From positions 62,001-126,000 of the forward strand of contig OZ037770.1 of NCBI GenBank assembly GCA_964035545.1: a DNA stretch of 64,000 nucleotides, written 5' to 3'. The stretch's first letter is position 1. Every line of letters starts with the position of its first letter. Below are positions 25,293 through 36,600 of this stretch, one piece after another. A program made the position numbers and the translations under genes. The notes beneath the pieces were generated by a model, which saw only the letters and a list, made by a program, of their open reading frames with translations, made no database searches and was not told where the DNA came from. Origin of the DNA: Bugula neritina (taxonomy: Eukaryota > Animalia > Bryozoa).

Positions 25293-28085
25293 TCACCCGA
25301 TAGATAAACTCTTGTCAGCCTCTTTTTCATCACCAGCCTCACTCTGATCTTCACTATCCTCAGCATCCCGACTCTCCTCGATAACCGGCACTTCCTGTAT
25401 GCCGTCATCTTCTCCTAAAGTCTCCGGCTGAGTGAGAAACTGAGTTGCGTCAAAGTCTGTGAGATTGAGAGCCACGGCCTCCTCTAGGGAGAGGTGCCTG
25501 CGGAACACGTTGTTCTGTCTCCTGAGGTCTGTCACTGTCACCAGCACCCTGTTCTCCCTCCGCTCCTTCACCCTCGCTGACATCCCGGACGCTGACATAC
25601 CGGACGGGGAGTAGGACTCCTCCTTGCGAGGGCGCCCTCTTTTCCTCTTCACCACTCTTCCGTTTATGATGAGTGGAGGTTTGGGGGGCTTCGGGGGGTA
25701 GGGTCTGTCATGGAGCCGGGGCCGACCGACCTTCCTCCTCACAGGTGTGCCGGAGTTCTGTGGCGCTTGAGACTGAAGCGGAGGGACTTGAGGGTCCGGA
25801 TGCGACTTGGGCCGACCTCTCGACCTTTTAGACGGAGAATTCTCCGAGACGGCAGCAGAGGAATCAACACCACTTGTTCTCTCCCCCTCGCTGTCTCTCT
25901 CGCTGTCTCTCTCGCTCTCACTCTCCCCCTCCTCACTCTTCTCATCTCTATCACTGTCACTTCCCTCCTCGGAGGTATCTCCCCCTTCCTCTCCACCCTC
26001 TCCTTCCTCTCCACCCTCTCCCTCCCCGATGTCATCATACACTATAATTACAGTGTTGTCTCCATTCAACGAGATATTACTCTCCTCCTCTCCATTCACG
26101 TCTGCTCCTTCAGCCTCACTTTCATCTGAACTGTCCGACTTGTCACCAACAGGACTCTCAGTTCCCGAGTTGACGAGTTTGACTCGCAGATGACTCTTCT
26201 CTGCCATCTCCAGCTGCGACATGTAGTCCGTCGACACGTAGTCGTTCAGCTTAGCTGGTCTATCTCGTCTCCTGTTTGGTAATGACTTGTCATGTGCAGA
26301 TCTTCCTCTGAAACATAGTAACACGTCAATACAAGACATCTACTCATCAGAGTAACTGCAAGACGGAACTGCAAGACGGAACTGCAAGATGTAATGTGAG
26401 GAATCATGAACCTACCCCTTGTTTCTCCGGTGTTGGTACAAGTAGGGATCAAGGAAGCGCATACGATCAAAGTGACACCACTCTCTATACGCATCCCTCC
26501 CTGAAGACTCGTAAGCTGTCATCTTGATTCTGTATATGTTACGGAGTTGTGCCCACCTGGTTTTACAGAAGTCGGCTGCAACAGTGAGTGGTGACATCAC
26601 TACTAACTCAACACTACTAACTCAACACTACTAACTCATCACTACTAACTCATCACTACTAACTCAACACTACTAACTCTCCACTACTAACTCATCACTA
26701 CTAACTCAACACTACTAACTCATCACTACTAACTCATCACTACTAACTCTCCACTACTAACTCAACACTACTAACTCATCACTACTAACTCAACACTACT
26801 AACTCAACACTACTGACTCTACACTACTAACTCAACACTACTAACTCAATACTACTAACTCAATACTACTAACTCAACACTACTAACTCTCCACTACTAA
26901 CTCAACACTACTAACTCATCACTACTAACTCAACACTACTAACTCATCACTACTAACTCTCCACTACTAACTCATCACTACTAACTCAACACTACTAACT
27001 CTACACTACTAACTCAACACTACTAACTCATCACTACTAACTCATCACTACTAACTCATCACTACTAACTCATCACTACTAACTCATCACTACTAACTCA
27101 TCACTACTAACTCAACACTACTAACTCTACACTACTAACTCAACACTACTGACTCTACACTACTAACTCAACACTACTAACTCAATACTACTGACTCTAC
27201 ACTCAGTTAGCACTCACATGTAGTTTTCAGGTGGTTCGCCACTTCATTCCACTTTCTATGAAACTCCTCCCTGGACTGTTGAGTCTTACAGCCGACTCCA
27301 CTGCTATAGAGTATCTGACGGGGTCGCACTGAGTCTATGAGCTTACAGTCCTGCAATAGCAATATATACAGTAGTAAAGTAGTAGGTACAGTGTCACAGT
27401 AGCACAGTGCTGTAATAGTACTGTGTAGTAATAGTACTGTGTAGTAATAGTACTGTGTAGTAATAGTACTGTGTAGTAATAGTACTGTGTAGTAATAGTA
27501 CTGTGCTGTAATAGCGGTAGTAGTAGTGGCAGTATTAGTGGCAGTATTAGTGGCAGTGGAAGTGGCAGTACTGTGTAGTACTAGTAGTGGTAGTAGCAGC
27601 AGCGGCAGCGGCGGCAGCAGCAGTAGCAGTACTAGTAGTAGTATTAGTAGTAGTAGTAGTAGTGGTAGTAGTAGTAGTAGTAGTACAGTAGTAGTAGTAG
27701 TAGTAGCAGTAGTAGTACTAGTAGTAGTAGTGGTAGTAGTAATAGTGGTAGTAGAAATAGTACTGTGTAGTAATAGTAGTGGTAGTAGTAGTAGTAGTGG
27801 AAGTAGTAATAGTAGTGGTAGTAGTAATAGTAGTGGTAGTAGTACTAGTAGTGGTAGTAGTAGTAGCAGCAATAGTAGTGGAAGTATTAATAGTAGTGGT
27901 AGTAGTACTAGTAGTGGTAGTAGTAGTAGTAATAGTAGTAGTAGTAGTAGTGGTAGTAGTAATACCTGTGCGTATGTTTCTGGATCAATAGGTTTGAATC
28001 GTCCTCCCCTTCCGCTAACTTTGCTCTCGTCTGCTCCTCTCCCATTTTCTATACTCACATCCATTTTCTCCGATCTCCCAGTCAT
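25293..28085 (-). CDS. MADF-domain / AT-hook DNA-binding protein (4 coding exons)
   Basis: Exons 27966-28085, 27218-27350, 26416-26575, 25293-26307 splice in phase; MADF signature LIDSVRPRQILY...WNEVANHL...FCKTRWAQLRNIY...WCHFDRMRFL; acidic tract; three GRP AT-hook-like motifs (KRSRGRPK, RKVGRPR, KRKRGRPRK). Confidence 0.85.
26596..27205. repeat. 14-bp minisatellite filling a MADF intron
   Basis: actactaactcaac tandem array. Confidence 0.95.
27365..27965. repeat. Compound (AGT)n / 16-bp array filling a MADF intron
   Basis: gtaatagtactgtgta units and degenerate agt triplets. Confidence 0.9.
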
Positions 28086-28726
28086 TTCTATTCAACTACA
28101 ACATACAACGTGGCTATCTTGAGATACAATGTCTTATTGTTGGTCTAACCATTATCATACATTTCCAACCACCCCTATACTCCTAGCCTTCTTCTGGCAG
28201 ATATCCTTTCCATGTCTGACAGATTAAGATACATTAGCACTAACTTCTTTATATTTCGCTAATAAGTATAAGAACAGTTATAACTATAAAGACTATCACT
28301 ATTAGTATGAGTTTCACTATGACTGAGTCTGACTAAGTATTACTTTCATTGTATTTTATTTCATATTATAATATCAATAAGATGCAAATACAATAAATAT
28401 ATGCTAATATAGTAAATAAATAATTCAGCCATTTACTATAAATATAAATTGAATGAATATTAGTATTACTATTAATATTGCTATTAGCATTACTACAGCC
28501 TAAACTAGTGAAATTACTATTAGTAATATTATTATTAATAGTAATATTTTTACTTATAGAGTTAAACTGTCATTGTGATATTCATATGTATACTGTGATA
28601 GCCGATGTCGAAATTTAAAGTTAAACGTTCTTCTACTTCTAGTAGTAGTACTTCTACTACTACTACTACTACTACTACTAGAGTACTACCACTACTAGTA
28701 CTACTACTACCATTACTACTACTACA

Positions 28727-29440
28727 CATATAAATAAATGTGAGCATATGACAATTCAACGCTCCACTGTAAATCCTCTAGTGTCTCAATACAGCATGAA
28801 TAATGACCCCTTACAATGTGTTGACAAAGTATTATACCTTGGTGTCACGATTGATAATAAACTGTCATTCGATCAACATATAATAAACATTTGCTCAAAA
28901 GCTAATAAATTATTACACATGCTGATGCGCTGTCTAAAAAAGGCTAAAAGTAAAACCAGAGCCATAGCTTATAAAACAGTCTGTCGCCCTATACTAGAAT
29001 TTGCGACCCACACCTGGTCTCCATTTAAATTGAAAAACATCAACATCATAGAAGGTATAAATAGAAAAGCCTTCAGGTGGGCATTCTGTAAGAGAAAACG
29101 AGATCATATAACTGAGCTCATGACAAATTCTAATTGGGATAGCCTTGCACAAAGACGTGATAATGCAGACCAAAAAATGTACTTTCGTATGCTTTCTGGT
29201 AGTGCCGCTATAGACCAAGACCGGTTCTCCCTTCATTTTGCAAAGTCTCACAATACCAGACATGGTGCTATTAAGGGCAATATCAATACCAAAACTGCCA
29301 AGCATTCATATAAACATCGCATCCATAAACTTTTCTAATGATTCTAGCTGCTTTGCCTAACTGATTATAAGCACTTTACACCGACTCTGCTTTATATCAT
29401 CTGAAGCTGTGCGGTGTATATTTATTTATTTATTTGCTTT
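28727..29440 (+). mobile_element. 5'-truncated LINE (CR1/L2-group-like) 3' end
   Basis: ORF 28748-29338 carries the RT C-terminal motifs NKCEHM, YLGVTIDNKLSFDQHI, KANKLL, AYKTVCRPILEFA..WSP; followed by a short 3' UTR and an (ATTT)n tail. Confidence 0.85.
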
Positions 29441-30077
29441 TTTTTTTCTCCTGGCAGTAGCTAGCTATTGAGCTTTGAATCAAAGCATAATTAACTATAT
29501 TCTTATCTCGTAGACAAAATGGTTTTCTTCCTTACTACTGATAATTTAAACAATTGTTCATACACCACTGCATCTCGATAAAGGAGCCAAAGCGCTCCGA
29601 GTGAGATTAATTAGATGAGATGAGACTACTACTAGTACTACTACTAGAGTATCAGTATGAGTATGATGCTCATAAGCATCCACATACTCATAGTGAGTCA
29701 CTCACTATGAGTACGTGGAACTGGATGCTTATCAGCATCATACTCATACTGATACTGGTACTCGTGCAGCTTAGCCTTATATTTATATTTATAATTATTA
29801 TTATTATATTTATTATAGTTATACTAATAGTAACACTAATAGTAATAATAATACTAATACTTTACTTTGCAGTCAGTGTTACACAAACTCAAAGTGGCAA
29901 TCAGAAAAACTGAAAGTAACAGTAAGTGTAACACTAACAGTAACTGTAAAGCGAAAGTCTAAGTTTGAGCTTGATTTCTTCTTATAAAAATTAAATAATA
30001 TTAATTAGAAATTAAAGTAATCACAATAAAATAAGAACAAGTAAGACCGCAATAATAATGATAATACACTTGTGACT

Positions 30078-30260
30078 TACACCTGGCATTACAATCACAA
30101 TAATCGTGATGAATGAAACGCCATGTCGATATTTTACGATATCGCTGGCGCTTCGTGCTGATGATAATGAGCAAACATCACCAAGATAGTTTCCATTTTA
30201 TTCACGAAAAAGATAATCGACGCGCAAGTCGGTTCAGTTGTCAAACGTAATGTATGACTC
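30078..30260 (-). promoter_or_regulatory. Putative promoter / non-coding first exon of the MADF gene
   Basis: Local CpG enrichment in AT-rich DNA, ATGGCG motif, CAGGT|gtaagt donor near 30080; a matching acceptor (ctgtcag) lies near 28215, upstream of the ATG. Confidence 0.35.
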
Positions 30261-30605
30261 GATTTTACACAAAGGATGGAGAAGAGGTCATACTTGCATA
30301 AAAATTAGCGCTGAGAGTAAGCAACTCCACATATTTATACAATTTATGTTGTACTATGCAATGGTAATAATTTATAGGTTATAACATGATACAATGTTAG
30401 TATAGCATTCGAGCACATAATTGGCCAATTTTGACGTAGGTTCAATGAAAAAAAGTAATAAGCCCAATATTTGATGGTAAGTTTAAATTCGTGTTTATTA
30501 TCAAAAATCTAGAAAAAATATCATAAAAAATAAAAAGTAACTATTCATAATTATGCAACTGTTCAAAAATATATTCTGAATATTAGCAGCAGGTGGCTTG
30601 GCACA

Positions 30606-33600
30606 TCAACCAACCAAGCCAAGCTTCCTGATAGATAAATACTGATCAGGGATTTCCATGAGGGCTTTCAGTGCAAATGCAGAGGAAGGATTCTGGTAAG
30701 TAGACTGGCTGGTGACTATCTCGTGGAAATTCACAAACTGGAAGTTGTCAAACCGACGCTGGGGTAGTTTGTCATCAAATTCTTTCATCATGTCCCACGG
30801 ACCATCACCTGATGATAGAAACATTGTGATGTAGAAATTTATATGAGTAGTTCAGTAATAGTACTCAGTAATAGTACTCAGTAATAGTACTCAGCAGTAG
30901 TACTTAGCAGTAGTACTCAGCAGTAGTACTCAGCAGTAGTAGTAGTAGTAGCAGTAGTAGTAGTAGCAGTAGTAGTAGTAGCAGTAGCAGTAGTAGTAGC
31001 AACAGTAGTAGCAGTAGCAACAGTAGTGGCAGTAGTAGTATGTCACAAATTCTGAGTGTACATATACCTATAAACTTACCGGGTTTTTCCTAATGATTAT
31101 ACAGGAATGTTCATAGGTATTCTAGACTAATCAAAGAGATGGGTCATTGTTCATTGTTACTGTTTTCATTAGTCATGTTAACTACTGCCCAGCAATGTAA
31201 ACAAGGTATTGCGCAATAATTGCGAAATAACCATGGAAATTCCAATGTTTTGTTTTGTTTTGATTTTCTATAAATAGTATTGGCATGTGGGGAATGTTTT
31301 CTACTAGAATCTTCTGTACTGGAATGCTTGAGAATATTCTAGAGCTTTTTGTTTACTATAAATACTGAGGCAGTTGTGTTTACAGTTCAGTTCATTCTTG
31401 GAGTTCATTTTAATACATTCATCTGTGCATATCTTACTAGAGAAATAAAGTATACTTATATCCACAACTCTATTTATTCACAACTGGATTAGCAAGCTGT
31501 ATACTACTTGTCTATACACTTCTGACTACCAGACTTTTCGAACTCGTCACACTGCTACCTACAGTTTTGTGACAATTGGGGGCTGCTCCGGGAAGTCTCA
31601 GTCGCACACAGGGAAGTTATTAGTTACAACGTGAGTATACACAGGATTAATTAACAGTTGTTGAGACATTATGGCGTTGTTGGAGAGAGTGACACAGATG
31701 GGTAAAGATCTTGGATTGGTGGAGGACAAGCTCGTAGCTTTTGTTGAAAAGAACCTACCCATTGTTGCTGCACAAGAGGAAAAAGAAAAGGCACGAGAGG
31801 AAAAAGAAAAGGACCGAGAGGAAAAAGAAAAGGACCGAGAGGAGCGTAGATTAGAGCGTGAGGCGGAAAGGATCAAGCAAGAAAATGAGAAAGCCATAAT
31901 GGAGATGAAGATAAAAGCTGATCAGGAGGCAATGGCACTCAAGATAAAAGCTGACCAGGAGGCAGAAGAGAGAAGACAACAACATGAATTGGATATGGAA
32001 AAGCTGAAAGCTAACACAAGTTTGGAGCACTCAAGACATGAGAGCACCAGATTAGAAATAGCTAACAAACCAAAACCAAAAATACCATTCTTTGATGAGA
32101 AGGTGGACGAAATGGATAGCTATTTAGAGCGGTTCGAGTGGGTTGCCGAAGGATGTAACTGGGACAAGGGAGATTGGCCCTACCATCTCAGTCAGTACCT
32201 AAGGGGTACAGCAACAGAAGCTTACATCCGGTTGTCACCTACCGATCGTAGAGATTATAAAAAAGTCAAAGAAGCCTTGTTGGAGCGCTTCAACTTGACT
32301 CAAGAGGGCTACAGAAAAAAGCTCAGAGAGGCAGAAGCTTACGAGGATGAAACTCCTGCCCAACTGTTCACTAGGATAGAAAGTTATGTGCACAAGTGGG
32401 TAGAGCTTTCAGGGGGCATGGACATAGCCAAACTAGTGGCAACTGAACAATTTATATCATCATGCCCAGACGACCTAGCTGTGCATTTAAAGCAAAGTTC
32501 CTACAACAGCAGTGAGGATATGTGTGATGCAGCGTCACTGTTTTTGCACGCCCGTGGAAGAAAACTAGCAAAGACAAAGAAAACTAATACAAAAAGGATG
32601 GAAAACACACCTGCCGGTAGCATGAATGCTGAACAAGGAAGTAAAAGTGATGGTGCATGCTTCATCTGCAAAGATAAGTCACACATTGCTCGTAACTGCC
32701 CACGGCGAGGGAAGAAGTACTGTTCACATTGCAAGATGAACAACCACAATACTTCAGACTGCAGAAAGTATGGTGGGAGGTCAGTGCATGCTGCAGCTGC
32801 AATAGCGACTACTCAGAATAAGACTGTGGTCAAAGATCCAGGAATCTCATTTAAAGTGGAAGAACCTACGGAAATCACAGTTAATGGTAAAAAGTTTGTC
32901 AACGCTGCTGTCTGCAAGAATGGACCTAAATTCAAAGATGGGGGCACAGCGATATTTGATGCGGAAGTTAATGGCCAACGAGCTACTGTAATGCGCGACA
33001 CCGGCTGTGGTTGCATTGTAGTCAATGCAAAGTATGTGCAACCTCAACATTTAACTGGAGAATCAGTTTATCTGAATATGGCTGATGCAAGTGTTAGAGA
33101 GGCTCAGTGGGCACTTATCTCAGTGCGCTCACCATTTTTCAATGGTGTCGTCAAAGCTGCAGTAATGGACAAGACGATTTGTGACCTGCTTATTGGGAAT
33201 GTGGATGGAGCGAGATCAGCTGACCAGCCGCTGGAAAACTGGAAGGACTGCGCCGTAACCACAAGAGCTCAAGCTGTCAAGGAAAAGTCAGGAGACAAAC
33301 CACTGATGGTTGATTCAAATGCTAACCCATTAAGTATAGGGAAAGATGAGATAGCCAGACTGCAGAGGGATGACCCCACATTGGAGCGTTTCTTCGATGC
33401 AAAAGAAGTGAAGGAGAAAAAGGGAGGCATCACTAGGTTTGTGGTGAGGAATAAGATTCTGTACCGTGAGTACACCGACTCGAAGTCTGTCAGTGTAAAA
33501 CCTGTTAAACAACTCATGGTACCCAGTTCACTGAGGAAGGAAGTTCTACAGAAAGCTCATGACTGCATAATGAGCGGACACCTAGGAGTAAAGAAAACCA

Positions 33601-36600
33601 CTGATAGAGTGCTTTCCAACTTCTTCTGGCCAGGACTAAACGGAGATGTCGTACGTTTCTGTCAATCATGTGACATTTGCCAGAAGACGGTGAAAAAAGG
33701 CTCAGTCATGAAAGTTCCAGTACAGGAAACACCACTAATTGACACCCCATTCAAGAGATGTGCGATAGACCTAGTCGGACCAATTAACCCTCCAAGTGAG
33801 AAAGGACACCGCTACATCCTAACTTTAGTTGACTATGCTACAAGATACCCTGAAGCTACACCATTGAAGAACATTGACTCAGCTACTGTAGCTGAAGCGC
33901 TGCTTGACATATACAGTCGTGTTGGGATACCAGAGGAGGTGATAAGCGATCAAGGAACTCAATTCATCTCAGACTACATGAAAGAGTTTACCAGATTACT
34001 TGACATGCGGCAACTTCCTACCTCACCATACCATGCAATGGCCAATGGACTTGTGGAAAAGTTCAACGGAACCCTCAAGAGTATGTTAAAAAAGTTGTGT
34101 GCTAAAGAGCCAAGACAGTGGCATCGGTTTATCAATGCGGCTCTATTTGCATATAGAGAAGTCCCACAGGAATCAACAGGCTTCGCCCCATTCGAGTTAC
34201 TCTATGGAAGAACTGTGCGTGGACCAATGTACATCCTGCGACAACTTTGGACAAAAGAAGACACTGCCGATGAAGTCAAGACCTGCTATCAACATGTTTT
34301 TGAATTGAGAGAGCGTTTAGATGACATGATGGAAATGGCACTAGCTTCGCTAAAAGACAGTCAAAAAAGATACAAACACTATTTTGACAAGAAAGCTAAG
34401 CAGAGAGACTTCAAATCTGGTGACAAAGTGCTCATTCTTCTACCTACGGATGGAAATAAATTGCTGATGCATTGGCAAGGACCATTCAATATTGAGGAGA
34501 AAGTCAGACTGAATGACTACATTATCAACATTAGAGGCAAGAGGAGAACATACCATGCCAACATGCTGAAGAAATATTTTGAGCGGGAGACGCCTACCGA
34601 CCCTATGACTGTTGGAGCTGTGATGACTTTAGATGCTGCTGGTACTGGAATTATTGATCATGATGAGGAAAGAGAAGAAGGCCAAGATGATTTGTTGGAC
34701 CTGTACAGTAAGAAACAGCAGACAGAAACAAGCAAAGATGTCATTCTGGGTGAAGAGCTGGAGAATCAGCAAAGAAGACAGTTGGAGGAGTTACTGAGAA
34801 AGTTTGAAGGTATCTTCAGTGACTTGCCAGGAAATGCAACGGGAATAGAACATTCTATCGAGCTCACGACTGATGAGCCAGTGAAATCCAAACCATATGG
34901 ATTGCCCTACAGGGTAAGAGAAACTCTCAAGGCGGACATCGAGGACATGTTGAAGATGGGTGTTATTCGGCCATCTACCTCTCCCTACGCCTCACCAACG
35001 GTGATAGTAAAGAAGCCAGATGGAAGCAACAGGATTTGTATAGACTATCGCAAACTAAACCGAGTCTCAGTATTCGATCCTGAACCAATGGTGAAAACAG
35101 ATGACGTTTTCAGAAAGCTCAGTAAAGATAAATACTTTACCAAACTTGATTTATCCAAGGGATACTGGCAAATACCAGTGAAGAAAGAAGATATTCCTAA
35201 AACTGCATTTGTGACACCCGATGGACATTATGAATTCATCAAGATGCCATTTGGGATGGTTAACTCTGGAGCGACACTGGTGAGAGGGTTGAGAAAACTT
35301 TTTGAAAATCTGAAAGGAGTGGACAACTACATTGATGACATTCTAGTGCACACGGAAAGCTGGGAAGAACACGTTAAAATGCTAACAGAAGTTTTCAGCC
35401 GACTTGCCACAGCTGGACTTACCGTTAGACCAAGTAAATGTAGAGTAGGAGGAACAAACATGGAGTTCATCGGACATAAACTTTACAGGGGTGAAATCAA
35501 ACCAATGGATGACAACATTGAGAAAATTAGGGCTGCGCCAAGGCCAACCAATAAGACGCAAGTGAGATCGTTCATTGGACTTACTAGTTACTACAGAGAA
35601 TATATACCTCATTATTCAACTATAGCGAGTCCACTAACAGATTTAACAAAGAAGGGAGAACCAAAGAAAGTCAAATGGCAGGAACCACAAGAGAAGGCGT
35701 ACACCACCTTAAAAACAATGCTGACAAGCGCACCAATTTTAAAATTGCCAGATGTACACAAACCGTTTGTGCTAAGGACGGATGCATCAGATGTTGGGCT
35801 AGGGGCAGTGCTGATGCAGCCTCAGGATGGAAAGCTGTTCCCTGTGAGTTACGCAAGTAGGAAATTACTAGACCGGGAGAGAAACTACTCAGCCATAGAG
35901 AAGGAATGCTTAGCTGTGGTATGGGCGGTCAAGAAATATCTACAATATTTATATGGTGTAGAGTTTGTGCTGCAGACTGATCACCAACCGCTGGTGTACA
36001 TCAATCAGGCCAAATTTGAGAACAGCAGAGTGATGAGATGGGCTATGTATTTACAGAACTTCAGAATCAAGGTGGAGTCAATCAAAGGAAAGGACAATGT
36101 TGGAGCCGATTATCTAAGCCGAATTGACTCAGAATTTTAAGTAGTAAGGAGAAATTATCAAAATAATTTCTCTTAGAATGGGGGGTTGTCACAAATTCTG
36201 AGTGTACATATACCTATAAACTTACCGGGTTTTTCCTAATGATTATACAGGAATGTTCATAGGTATTCTAGACTAATCAAAGAGATGGGTCATTGTTCAT
36301 TGTTACTGTTTTCATTAGTCATGTTAACTACTGCCCAGCAATGTAAACAAGGTATTGCGCAATAATTGCGAAATAACCATGGAAATTCCAATGTTTTGTT
36401 TTGTTTTGATTTTCTATAAATAGTATTGGCATGTGGGGAATGTTTTCTACTAGAATCTTCTGTACTGGAATGCTTGAGAATATTCTAGAGCTTTTTGTTT
36501 ACTATAAATACTGAGGCAGTTGTGTTTACAGTTCAGTTCATTCTTGGAGTTCATTTTAATACATTCATCTGTGCATATCTTACTAGAGAAATAAAGTATA

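Noticed and set aside
29620-29913. 97-aa hydrophobic ORF
   Set aside because: Low-complexity ATT/ATA/ACT-rich intronic sequence; the hydrophobicity is a compositional artefact.
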